64,000 nucleotides of DNA, taken from NCBI GenBank assembly GCA_050331015.1, contig JBHJHH010000032.1, positions 6,002 to 70,001 on the forward strand, in the 5' to 3' direction. Source of the DNA: Geminicoccaceae bacterium (GTDB lineage Bacteria > Pseudomonadota > Alphaproteobacteria > Geminicoccales > Geminicoccaceae). The position numbers were made by a program, and so were the translations under genes. How positions within the stretch are numbered: the stretch's first letter is position 1; each line of letters opens with the position of its first letter. The notes below the pieces were generated by a model. That model did not search any database, was not told the DNA's origin, and worked only from the letters and a program-made list of their open reading frames with translations. Shown one piece after another: positions 1 to 10,500 of this stretch.

Positions 1-1116
1 ACCCTGTTCCCCTATGGCCTGATCAGCCGGCACGATACGCCGGCGACGCAGGGCATCTGGATCTTGCACGAGGGACCGATCGGCGTTCTTCAGGATACGC
101 TGGAAGAGGTCAATTACGGCGAGCTGCGCGACGAAGGCGTCATCGCGTTCGAGGGCAGCACCGGCGGCTGGCTCGGCATCACCGACAAATACTGGCTTGC
201 GGCGCTGGTGCCGGACCAGACTACGCCGCTGACCGGCACGTTCCGCCATACCATGCGCGACAATCGCGATCGCTATCAAAGCGACTATCTCGGCGGCGGT
301 CTGACCGTGCAGCCGGGTCAGACGGTGCAGGTCACCGATCGCATCTTTGTCGGTGCCAAGGAAGTGCGCCTGCTCGATGCCTACAGCCAGCAATACAGCA
401 TTCCGCTGTTTGACCGAGCGGTGGATTTTGGCTGGTTCTATTTCATCACCAAGCCGTTCTTCTATGCCCTGAACTACCTGAACCAGGTGTTCAGCAATTA
501 CGGCGTGGCGATCCTGATTCTCACGCTGGGCATCAAGATCGTCTTCTTCCCGCTGGCCAATAAATCTTACGTCGCCATGAGTAAGATGAAGGCCTTGCAG
601 CCGGAGATGCTGCGTCTTCGTGAGAAACACGAAGACGACAAGATGAAGCTCAATCAGGAGATGATGGCGCTGTACAAGCGCGAGAAGGTCAATCCTGCCG
701 CCGGTTGTTTGCCGATTCTGATCCAGATCCCGATCTTCTTCTCGCTTTACAAGGTGCTGTTCGTCTCCATCGAAATGCGCCATGCGCCGTTTTTCGGCTG
801 GATCCAGGATCTGTCGGCGCCGGACCCGCTGTCGATCTTCAACCTGTTCGGCTTGTTGCCCTTCGAGGTGCCGGCCTTCCTGGTGATCGGCATCTGGCCG
901 CTGCTCATGGGCGCGACCATGTGGCTGCAGACGAAGCTGAATCCGGCGCCGACCGACCCGATGCAAGCGCGCATCATGGCCATGCTGCCGTTCATGTTCA
1001 TTTTCCTGTTCGCGACGTTCCCGGCCGGCCTGGTGATTTACTGGACCTGGAACAACGTGCTTTCGATCGGACAGCAATGGCTGATCATGCGACGCATGGG
1101 CGTCAAACTGTCCTGA
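1..1116 (+). CDS. yidC: Membrane protein insertase YidC, C-terminal portion (5' end upstream of window)
   Basis: Frame 1 is open from base 1 into ORF 64..1116. It has a multi-TM C-terminal core typical of YidC/Oxa1 (KMKALQPEM, NQEMMALYKREKVNP, GCLPILIQIPIFFSLYKVL). engB follows, as in most bacteria. Confidence 0.9.
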   Translation, partial: TLFPYGLISRHDTPATQGIWILHEGPIGVLQDTLEEVNYGELRDEGVIAFEGSTGGWLGITDKYWLAALVPDQTTPLTGTFRHTMRDNRDRYQSDYLGGGLTVQPGQTVQVTDRIFVGAKEVRLLDAYSQQYSIPLFDRAVDFGWFYFITKPFFYALNYLNQVFSNYGVAILILTLGIKIVFFPLANKSYVAMSKMKALQPEMLRLREKHEDDKMKLNQEMMALYKREKVNPAAGCLPILIQIPIFFSLYKVLFVSIEMRHAPFFGWIQDLSAPDPLSIFNLFGLLPFEVPAFLVIGIWPLLMGATMWLQTKLNPAPTDPMQARIMAMLPFMFIFLFATFPAGLVIYWTWNNVLSIGQQWLIMRRMGVKLS

Positions 1117-1793
1117 GCGAGGGCGGCGCCGGCGCGGCCGAGGCGGCCGAGGCGGCGGCCAGGCTCGAGGCCGGCCGGCTTTTGTTCGCGCAAGCCTGCA
1201 CCTTCGAGCGTGGCGTCGCCGATCTGCATCAGTTGCCGGAAAGCGATCTGCCGGAGGTCGCCTTCGCCGGCCGCTCCAATGTAGGCAAATCCTCGCTGAT
1301 CAATGCCTTGACCGGCCAGAATGCGCTGGCGCGCACCTCGCACACGCCAGGGCGCACGCGCCAGCTCAACTGCTTCGATCTGGGCGGCCGGCTGCGCCTG
1401 GTCGACATGCCCGGCTACGGCTATGCCAAGGCGCCGAAGAACGAGGTCGCGCAATGGCAGAAGCTGATCGCGGCCTATCTGCGCGGCCGGCCGGAACTGC
1501 GCCGCGCGTGTGTCCTGATCGACAGCCGGCATGGCCTGAAGGACATCGACCGGGCCGTGCTCGATGATCTGAATGCGGCTGCCGTGGTGTTCATGATCGT
1601 GTTGACCAAGCGCGACGAGATCAAGCCGTCCGCGCTGGAGCAGCTGATCGCGGCAACCCATGACGAAATCGATCGCATGCCGGCGGCCTTTCCGCAGATC
1701 ATCGCCACCAGTGCGCGCACCGGTGCCGGCATCCCGGATCTGCGCGCCTGCCTGGCCGAACTGGCCGCCGCGCCGGCGCAGGCTGTGCCATGA
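1077..1793 (+). CDS. engB: Ribosome-biogenesis GTPase EngB/YihA
   Basis: Motifs G1 AFAGRSNVGKSSLINALTG, G3 DMPGYGYA and G4 LTKRD. The only ATG/GTG in frame near the yidC stop is ATG 1077, a 40-nt overlap with yidC, so the start is uncertain. Confidence 0.85.
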   Translation: MADHATHGRQTVLSEGGAGAAEAAEAAARLEAGRLLFAQACTFERGVADLHQLPESDLPEVAFAGRSNVGKSSLINALTGQNALARTSHTPGRTRQLNCFDLGGRLRLVDMPGYGYAKAPKNEVAQWQKLIAAYLRGRPELRRACVLIDSRHGLKDIDRAVLDDLNAAAVVFMIVLTKRDEIKPSALEQLIAATHDEIDRMPAAFPQIIATSARTGAGIPDLRACLAELAAAPAQAVP

Positions 1794-2413
1794 CCGGTCT
1801 CGAAGCCAACGTTCTGCCGCTGATGACCGCCTGGGGCACGGGCATCAACCCGTATCTCACCGTGCTGTTGCTGAGCGGTGCCGGCATGCTCGGTGTGGTC
1901 GACCTGCCGTCGGGCCTGGACTGGCTGGCCGAGCCGAACGTGCTCGCCATCGTTGCCGCCCTGACGGCGCTGCACTTCCTGATCGACAAGGTACCCGGCA
2001 TCGACAGCCTGTGGGATGCCGCCAATGCCCTTGGCAAGGTGCCGGCCGGCGCGGCCCTGGCCGGTATGGCGGCGAGCGATGCCGGGCTGGCCTCGCAGGC
2101 CGTGTTCGCCCTCGCCGGCGGTGGTCTGGCGACCGCTGCCGTGGCGACCAAGGCCGGTTCGCGCGCGCTGATCAACACCAGCCCGGAGCCGTTCTCCAAC
2201 TGGTTCGCCTCGATCACCGAGGATGTCGCGGTCATTCTCGGCATCTCCGTGGTATTCATCGCACCCGCGCTGGCGGCGGTTTTGCTGATCGTGTTTGTTG
2301 TCCTCATGCTCTGGCTGTTGCCCAGGCTCTGGCGCGGTCTCAAGCTGATCGGGCGGCGCTTGAGCGGTCGGACGGCGCCCGTGCCGCCAGCGCCTGAACC
2401 GCCGCCCGGCTGA
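1790..2413 (+). CDS. DUF4126-family integral membrane protein
   Basis: ATG overlaps the engB stop (ATGA at 1790-1793). The polytopic hydrophobic protein, with N-terminus ...WGTGINPYLTVLLLSGAG... and ...LIDKVPGIDSLWD..., resembles DUF4126 proteins. Confidence 0.6.
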   Translation: MTGLEANVLPLMTAWGTGINPYLTVLLLSGAGMLGVVDLPSGLDWLAEPNVLAIVAALTALHFLIDKVPGIDSLWDAANALGKVPAGAALAGMAASDAGLASQAVFALAGGGLATAAVATKAGSRALINTSPEPFSNWFASITEDVAVILGISVVFIAPALAAVLLIVFVVLMLWLLPRLWRGLKLIGRRLSGRTAPVPPAPEPPPG

Positions 2414-2452
2414 GGGCACCTTTCGCCAACCACGAACGAGCCGGGAAGGCCG

Positions 2453-3355
2453 ATGACGACGAGCAAACGCTACCACCTGATCGCCGGCACGCTGACCGAA
2501 GCGCTGCCCTATATGCGCGAATTCTCAGGCGCGACCTTCGTCATCAAATATGGCGGCCATGCCATGGGCTCGCCGGCGCTGGCACGCGATTTCGCGCGCG
2601 ACGTCGTGCTCCTCAAGCAGGTCGGCATCAACCCGATCGTGGTCCACGGCGGCGGGCCGCAGATCAAGTCGATGCTCGATCGGTTGAAGATCCAAAGCGA
2701 GTTCGTCCAGGGCCTGCGTGTGACCGATGAGGCCACGGTCGAAGTGGTCGAGATGGTCCTGGCCGGTCGGATCAACAAAGAGATCGTCGCCGCCATCCAC
2801 CAGGTCGGCGGTCAGGCGATTGGCCTCGCCGGCAAGGACGGCGGCCTGATCGAAGCGCGCAAGCTGCGCCGCACCTATCAGGACCCGGAAAGCCAGATCG
2901 AAAAGGTGCTCGACCTGGGCTTCGTCGGCGAGCCGGTCAACGTCAACACCCACGTCCTCGACGTCCTCAAGGGCAGCGACATCATCCCGGTGATCGCGCC
3001 GGTCGGCTTCGGCAGCGACGGCGCCACCTACAACATCAATGCCGACACCGCCGCCGGCGCGGTCGCCGCGGCGCTCAAGGCGCGCAAGCTGATCATGCTC
3101 ACCGATGTCGAAGGCGTGCTCGATGGCCAGGGCGCGCTGATGTCGCGTTTCAGTGCCCAGGATGCGCGCGCCATGATCGCAGACGGCACCATCCATGGCG
3201 GCATGATCCCGAAGATCGAGACCTGCCTGGCGGCGGTCGACGGCGGCGTCGAGGCGGCGCACATCCTCGATGGCCGTGTGCCGCATGTCATCTTGATCGA
3301 GGTGTTCACCGAAGGCGGCATCGGCACCAAGATCACCGGCCTGCCCGAGGCCTGA
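2453..3355 (+). CDS. argB: Acetylglutamate kinase
   Basis: 300 aa with AAK-family motifs ([38 protein letters not shown]). The position after engB is typical of alphaproteobacteria. Confidence 0.9.
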   Translation: MTTSKRYHLIAGTLTEALPYMREFSGATFVIKYGGHAMGSPALARDFARDVVLLKQVGINPIVVHGGGPQIKSMLDRLKIQSEFVQGLRVTDEATVEVVEMVLAGRINKEIVAAIHQVGGQAIGLAGKDGGLIEARKLRRTYQDPESQIEKVLDLGFVGEPVNVNTHVLDVLKGSDIIPVIAPVGFGSDGATYNINADTAAGAVAAALKARKLIMLTDVEGVLDGQGALMSRFSAQDARAMIADGTIHGGMIPKIETCLAAVDGGVEAAHILDGRVPHVILIEVFTEGGIGTKITGLPEA

Positions 3356-3407
3356 GACCAAGGCGCGGCCGACTTGTGGGCAACGCGCGTCGTTGCGCGC
3401 CGGCCGG

Positions 3408-4169
3408 CTATTGCGGGGCCATGCGCAGGGCACCGTCCAGGCGCAGCGTTTCGCCGTTGAGCAGCGGGTTGTTGATGATGTGCTTGACCAGGGCGGCGTA
3501 TTCCTCCGGCTTGCCGAAGCGGCTCGGGAACGGCACCGTCTTGGCCAGGCTGTCCTGGACGTTTTCCGGCATGTTGAGCAGCAAGGGCGTGGCGATCAGA
3601 CCCGGCGCGATGGACACCACCCGGATGCCGTGCCGGGCGAGGTCGCGCGCCGCCGGCAAGGTCATGCCGACCACGCCGGCCTTGGACGCGGCATAGGCGA
3701 TCTGGCCGATCTGGCCCTCATAGGCGGCGATCGAAGCGGTATTGATGACGACCCCGCGCTCGCCCTCTTCGTTGGGTTCGAGATCGACCATGTCGGCCGC
3801 GCCCAGGCGCAACAGATTGAAGCTGCCGATCAGGTTGACGCGGATGACGCGCTCGAAATCCTCGAGCGGCATCGGGCCTTTGCGGCTGATCACCCGCTGC
3901 GCCGGGGCGATGCCGGCGCAATTGATCACCACACGTGCCGGGCCGTGACGCTCTTTCGCCTTGGTCAGGGCGCTTTCGGCGGCTTCGTCGTCGGCGACAT
4001 CGCAGGTCAGGCCAAGCGCCCTGATCTGGCCAGCAGCGTCCTGCACGCGGCTTTCGCCGAGATCGAGTATCGTGACCAGCGCGCCGTGCTCGACCAGCAT
4101 GCGCGCGGTGGCGAAGCCCAGCCCCGAGGCACCGCCGGTGACGATTGCAGCCAGGCCATCGAGCTGCAT
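3408..4169 (-). CDS. Short-chain dehydrogenase/reductase, 3-hydroxyacyl-CoA dehydrogenase type-2-like
   Basis: Carries the TGGASGLG cofactor motif and the catalytic YAASKAGV (YxxxK). 253 aa. Confidence 0.8.
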   Translation of the reverse strand: MQLDGLAAIVTGGASGLGFATARMLVEHGALVTILDLGESRVQDAAGQIRALGLTCDVADDEAAESALTKAKERHGPARVVINCAGIAPAQRVISRKGPMPLEDFERVIRVNLIGSFNLLRLGAADMVDLEPNEEGERGVVINTASIAAYEGQIGQIAYAASKAGVVGMTLPAARDLARHGIRVVSIAPGLIATPLLLNMPENVQDSLAKTVPFPSRFGKPEEYAALVKHIINNPLLNGETLRLDGALRMAPQ

Positions 4170-4263
4170 GGCTCGTTCCTCCTTCGCGGTCTGCGTGCGG
4201 CCGGCGATTTATGCTTGGCCGGCAGACCTTGTTGCCCTCATGTGGCGACTATATCTCACAAAC

Positions 4264-4638
4264 ATGAGCGATACGTTGACTGAGACGAAACTGCCATCGC
4301 TGGCCGAGATCGAGGAACTTGGCGCGGCCGGCGTCGACGAGCCGAGCTTCTGGCGCAAGCTCGGGCGGTTTGCGGCGCGCCTGCCGTTTGCCGAAGACGT
4401 CGTCGCCTTGTGGTACTGCGCGCGCGATCCGGCGACGCCATCACATGTGCGAACGCTGCTGCTTGGCGCGATCGCCTATTTCGTCATGCCGATCGATCTG
4501 GTGCCCGATTTCATCGCCGGCCTGGGCTTTACCGATGACGCCTCGGTGATCGCCGCCGTGGTGCTGACCGCCAGGCGACATATCACCGAGCGCCACCGCT
4601 ACATGGCACGCGCCCGGCTGGCCACGCTCGCCGACTAA
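4264..4638 (+). CDS. DUF1232 (YkvA-like) membrane protein
   Basis: Internal ATG of ORF 3961..4638. The segment AIAYFVMPIDLVPDFIAGLGFTDD is the DUF1232 signature. The upstream part of the ORF is antisense to the SDR gene. Confidence 0.6.
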   Translation: MSDTLTETKLPSLAEIEELGAAGVDEPSFWRKLGRFAARLPFAEDVVALWYCARDPATPSHVRTLLLGAIAYFVMPIDLVPDFIAGLGFTDDASVIAAVVLTARRHITERHRYMARARLATLAD

Positions 4639-4652
4639 TACCGCACGGCATG

Positions 4653-4686
4653 AAAAAAGGCGCCCGTAGCGCGCGCGCCTTTCTTG
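4653..4686. terminator. Bidirectional rho-independent terminator between convergent DUF1232 gene and atpF
   Basis: aaaaaAGGCGCccgtagcgcgcGCGCCTttctt: a GC stem with an A-run on one side and a T-run on the other. Confidence 0.6.
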
Positions 4687-4711
4687 CAGTGATCGGGCCC
4701 GGGCGTTCGCC

Positions 4712-5194
4712 TCAGTGCAGGCGGTCTTTCACCTCGCCCAGCGCGCGCGCCATGATCTTGTCGCCGCCGCCTTCGGCCAGGCGCTCTTCCATGATCTTGC
4801 GCGTGGTCTGCACCGCCAGGCTGCTGGCAGCGCCGCGGACTTCGTTCACGGCGCGCTGTTCTTCCTGCGCGATGCGCTGCATGGCGGCATCGGTGCGGCG
4901 CTTGACGGTGTTTTCCATCTGCTCGGCCATGCGGCTGTGCAGGCGCTCGGATTCCTCTTCCGCGTGCTTGATGATCTGCTCAGCGCGGTCTTGACCTTCG
5001 TGCAGCTTGCGCTGGTAGTCGGCGAGCATGGCCTGGGCCTCTTCGCGCAAGCGCGTCGCCTCATCGAGTTCCTTGCGCACGGCATCGGCCTTGCCGTCGA
5101 GGGCCGAGGCGAGCGCCTTGCCGACCGGCTTGCGAGCAAAGTAGATCAGGATGGCGAGCGCAACGAAGAGCCAGAACTCGGCGCCAAACATCAC
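4712..5194 (-). CDS. atpF: F0F1 ATP synthase subunit b
   Basis: Single N-terminal TM (FWLFVALAILIYF) followed by a long charged helix. Last gene of the F0 cluster. The start is GTG 5194 or ATG 5191, abutting the b' stop (TGATG). Confidence 0.85.
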   Translation of the reverse strand: MMFGAEFWLFVALAILIYFARKPVGKALASALDGKADAVRKELDEATRLREEAQAMLADYQRKLHEGQDRAEQIIKHAEEESERLHSRMAEQMENTVKRRTDAAMQRIAQEEQRAVNEVRGAASSLAVQTTRKIMEERLAEGGGDKIMARALGEVKDRLH

Positions 5195-5826
5195 GCTTTC
5201 TCCTCAGAAACGACCGACTTCAGCGCATTCTTGGCTGACGTCTTGGTGACTTTCTCACCGAGCAGCTTCTCGGCAGCCGCCTGGGCGACCTCGGTGGCCA
5301 TGTCATGCAGGCCCTTGAGCGCCTCGTCTTTGGCGGCACCGATCCGCTGCGCCGCCGCCCGGCTGTCCGCCGCCAGGCGGGCATCGAGGTCGGCTTCGGC
5401 CTTGGCGTGCTCTTTCTCGAGCTTGTCCTGCGTCTCGTTCAACAGGGTGCGCGCCTTGTCCTGGGCACCGTTGATGAGCGATTCGTACTCGGCCATGGCC
5501 TTTTCGGCGTCGGCGCGCATTTTCTGGGCGCGCTCGAGATCATCGCTGATGCGCATCTGGCGGTTTTCGAGGATCGCCTCGATGCGTGGCAGGACCTTGC
5601 TGCTGAGCAGCCAGTAAAGAATACCGAAGGTGACGAACAGCCAGAACACCTGGGTGGCGACTGGCGCTTCGAATTGCGGCATGCCGCCGCCACCGCCATG
5701 GGCGTCGTCCCCATGCTCGATCGTCTCGATCAGATCGTCACTGCCATGAGTGGCAGCGCCGACCTCCTCGATCGCTTCGACGGCGTTGTCAGCGCCGGAG
5801 TCGGCGCCGTGCGTGTCACTGGCCAT
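5191..5826 (-). CDS. atpF2: F0F1 ATP synthase subunit b' with acidic/His-rich N-terminal extension
   Basis: The MPQFE...FWLFVTFGILYWLL TM plus coiled coil is typical of alphaproteobacterial b'. ATG 5826 is preceded by GGAG. About 48 aa lie upstream of the TM. Confidence 0.8.
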   Translation of the reverse strand: MASDTHGADSGADNAVEAIEEVGAATHGSDDLIETIEHGDDAHGGGGGMPQFEAPVATQVFWLFVTFGILYWLLSSKVLPRIEAILENRQMRISDDLERAQKMRADAEKAMAEYESLINGAQDKARTLLNETQDKLEKEHAKAEADLDARLAADSRAAAQRIGAAKDEALKGLHDMATEVAQAAAEKLLGEKVTKTSAKNALKSVVSEEKA

Positions 5827-5971
5827 GGCCGTAACGCTCCAACATGCCACGCGAGACCCAAGAAAGCGCGGGCCCATTCGGGTAAATGCCGTGAGGCCGG
5901 CACGAAGCCGGCCCGGGCGACCTCAAGCTAAACGCGTTCGTTGTGTCGATGCCGGCGAACCGGCATGCGGC

Positions 5972-6998
<1,027 letters not shown>

Positions 6999-7048
6999 GG
7001 GCGTCTCGTCCTTAAAGCTATCGTCAACAACAGTGCAAACGCCGGCGC

Positions 7049-7381
7049 TCAGTGCCGGGTATTTCCCTCTTCGGCGTCCCGGGTCAGGCCCTGCATCACC
7101 TTGTAGGCGTTCCAGATGCCGCCGACCGAGCCGAGGACAAACCCTATAATCATTGCCCACGGCGCTGTACCGGCGACATAATCGATACCCAGGCCGATCA
7201 ACGCGCCACCCGCGGTGCCCCCCACCATCTCGATGCCGGCCTGCCAGCCCTTGCTCAGCGCTCTGCCGCGCTTTTGCGCTTCGGCCGCGAACTGCGCTTC
7301 CGAGCGCGCGTCCTTCGGCTTCAGCTTGGCGAGACGGTCATCAAAATCACGAAAGGGGGACGGGCGTTCCTCGTTGGTCAT
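7049..7381 (-). CDS. atpI: AtpI/AtpZ-family small membrane protein (ATP synthase protein I)
   Basis: 110 aa with two TM segments in the C-terminal half. First gene of the atp F0 cluster, as in alphaproteobacteria. Confidence 0.65.
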   Translation of the reverse strand: MTNEERPSPFRDFDDRLAKLKPKDARSEAQFAAEAQKRGRALSKGWQAGIEMVGGTAGGALIGLGIDYVAGTAPWAMIIGFVLGSVGGIWNAYKVMQGLTRDAEEGNTRH

Positions 7382-7560
7382 TTATGAGCATCGCTTATCC
7401 GCGACGAGCGCCTTGCGGCTGCCCCCCGTTCGAGGGCGCCGGCACCGTAGAAACCGGTCTTGGCGGTGTCAAGCGAGCCCCTGGGGTAGCGTCACGCGGT
7501 CGCGTCACATGCGTTCGGTTTGGCTGGGGCGCGTCACCTCAACCCCCCTCGTGCAATGCA

Positions 7561-10500
7561 TCAAGCGCTCTCGCGCAAGGTCACGGCCTCTTCCAGATCG
7601 ACCGAGACCAGCTTGGACAGGCCGCGATCGAACATGGTCACGCCATAGAGCCGGCTCATGCGCGCCATGGTCAGCGGGTGGTGGGTGACCACCAGAAAAC
7701 GGGTGCCGGTGGTCTTGCAGATCTCCTGCATGAGATCGACCAGGCGCAGGACATTGGCGTCATCCAGCGGCGCGTCGACCTCATCCAGCACGCATAACGG
7801 CGCCGGCTTGCACAAGAACAGGGCAAAGGTCAGCGCCAGCGCGGTCAGGGCCTTCTCGCCGCCGGACAGGAGCGTCAGGCTTTGCAGGCGCTTGCCCGGC
7901 GGGCTGGCCTCGAGATCGAGCGTGGCATTCAGCGGATCGTCCAGATTGCCCAGCACCAGCCGGGCCTTGCCGCCGCCGAACAGGCGCGTGAACAGCTTGC
8001 GGAAATGGCCGTCGATCTCCTCGTAAGCGGCCTGCAGCCGCTCGCGGCCTTCGCGGTTGATCGACTGGATCGAGCGTTTCAGCTTGGCGATCGCGGCGAC
8101 CAGGTCATCGCGCTCGGTGGTCATGTCATCAACGCCGGCCTGCAGCGCGCGGGCTTCGGCCTCGGCGCGCAGATTGACCGCACCGAGGCGCTCGCGCGCA
8201 CGGTTGAGCTCGGCCAGGCGGCCCTCGAGTTCGGCGATCGACAGATCGGCGGCACTGTCATCCATGGCCAGCAGGGCGGTGAATTCTGACTGCATCAAGG
8301 CGCCGAAGCGCTCCTTGATCTGGGCTGCGGCCTCTTCGCGCGTCTGTCTGGCGGTCTCGAGCTGTTCGAGCAGGCGCACGCGCTGCTCGCGCGCTTCCTG
8401 ATGGGCGCTCTGCGCCTGGGTGCGCCGCCGCTCGGCCTCGATGAGGTCCTGTTGCGCCTGTTCGGCGATCTGGCCGAGCTCGGCCGCCCGCGCGGCCGCG
8501 CTGTCGAGCTCGGCGCTGAGGTCCCGCTCGCCGGCTTCGAGCTGGCGCAGTTCATCGGACAGGCTGGCGCGTTCGCTGCGGATGCGCGTCACCCGTTCGC
8601 TCAAGGCGTCGCCGCGCGCCAGTGCCTGGCTCAACCGATTGCGCCAGCCGGCCAGTTCGCGCTCGGTGCTGGCCAGGCGCTCTTCGGTGGTCCGCACGGC
8701 ACCTTGCGCTTGGCTGAGCCGGTGGCTGGCCTCGTCCATCGCGCGCCGGGCTTCGCTTAAGTCCATGTCGGCGCGGCCGGCATCGAGCCGCGCGCGCTCA
8801 TAGGCCGCCTGCACCTGTTCCAGCGCGCCGCGGGCCGCCTGCGCCTGGTCTTGCAGCGCGCCCAGGCCGGCCGACAGCGCCGCGATGTCGTCATCCAGCG
8901 CTGCGATCATGCGTGACCGCTCGGCCGCCACGGCACGGGCCGCCTCGATCTGCCGCTGGCGGGCATCGCGCTCTTTCGCCGCGCTGGTCAGCGCCGCTTG
9001 CGCCTGCGCCACGGCATCCTGGCGGTCGCGCACGGCTGCGGCATCGGCCGCGGCCCGGGTTCGGGCGTCATCCAGTTCGGCGGCCACTCGCTCCGCCTGG
9101 GCCTGCAACTCGGCCAGCTTCGAGGCGCGTGTTGCCGCCGAACGTTCCTGCGCAGCTTGCGCCTGCCGGATCCCGTCGAGCTCGCCTTCGCCCTGCGCCA
9201 GCTCGCTGGCAAAGCCGTCGCGCTCCTGCGCCAGCCGGTGCAGCTCCGCTTCCAGCCCGATGCGCTCGTTGGCCGCGGCCGCCTGCGCCTGCTGTGCGGC
9301 GTGCAGATCGGCGTCGCTCTGGCGCTTTGCGCGCTGCGCCGCCTCATGGGCAGCGCGGGCGTCCCGTTCGCTGGCGCGATCCTGTTCGAGCTGCGCGCCG
9401 AGCGTCCGCAGGCGATCCTCGAGCTTGTGCAGATCATCGCTCAGGCTGCGGCGGCGCTGGGTCTGCAACAGCCGCTCGCCGGCGCGATCCAGACGGCCAG
9501 CCGCGCGCACAAAGCCGTCCCAGCGCCAAAGCTGGCCGTCGGCGCTGACCAGGCACTGCCCGGGCTGCAAGCGTGCTTGCAAGGCGCCGCCATCGCGCGC
9601 ATCGGCGAGCAGGCCGATGAATGCCAGCCGGCGCTGCAGGGCCGTCGGTGCATCGAGCAGCGTCGACAACGCCTGCACCCCCTCGGGCCAGGCCGGTGTG
9701 GCCGGCAGCGGGGCCAGCTCTTGCCAGTAGACGGCCTCGTGCGGGTCCAGCCCGGCGAACAGCTGCTCGCCCAGCGCCGCGGCGACCGCGCGCTGCCATT
9801 GCGTCGGCACGTGCAGGCGTTCGGCCAGGGGCTCGGCAATGTCGAGCTCGCGATCGAGGGCGCTGAGCGCCTTGAGTTCGGCGGCCAGTTCGGTCTGCCG
9901 GCGCGCCGCTTCGTCATACGCCTGCTGTGCGCTCGCGCTGACCGTTTGCGCCGCATCGAGCGCCCGGGCCGTCCGTTCGAGCTGTTCGGCAGCCTGCGCC
10001 TGCGCCTGTTCGGCCGTACGCAGCCCGGAGCCCGCGCTGGCCGCACCGAGCGCGTGCAAGCGGGCCTGCAGGCCGTCTGCGCGCAGCTTCAGGCGGGCGA
10101 GCTGGTCGTTGAGCCAGGCTGTCTTCTGCGCCGCCGTGGCGGCACGGTCCTGCAGCGCTTTCGTGGCGTGCTCGGCCTCGCGCGCGCTCTGATCCAGCGC
10201 GTCGCGTTCACGGAGCAGGGTGTCGTGCGCACCCGTGAGCTGGTCGTGCTGCCCTGCGCTGGCATCAGCGGCGGTCTGCGCCGCAGCCGCCTCGGTTCTA
10301 GCGGTGTCGAGCGCGGCTTCGAGCACTGTCAGACGCTCGCGCTCGTCATCCGAGCCGTCGGGCGCCGACGTCTGCGCGAGGCTGGCGGCGAGCTCGGCCC
10401 GCTGGGCGCTCTTCGCCTCGAGCTTGGCCTCGTGGGCACGCAAGGCGGCCACCGCGCGCTCATGCGCTTCGCGGGCGGCGCTCAGGCGCTGCCGGCGTCT

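Noticed and set aside
705-1793. Single 362-aa ORF spanning the yidC 3' end and engB
   Set aside because: The first approximately 124 codons are an alternative frame of yidC with a junk translation. Only the part from ATG 1077 matches EngB.
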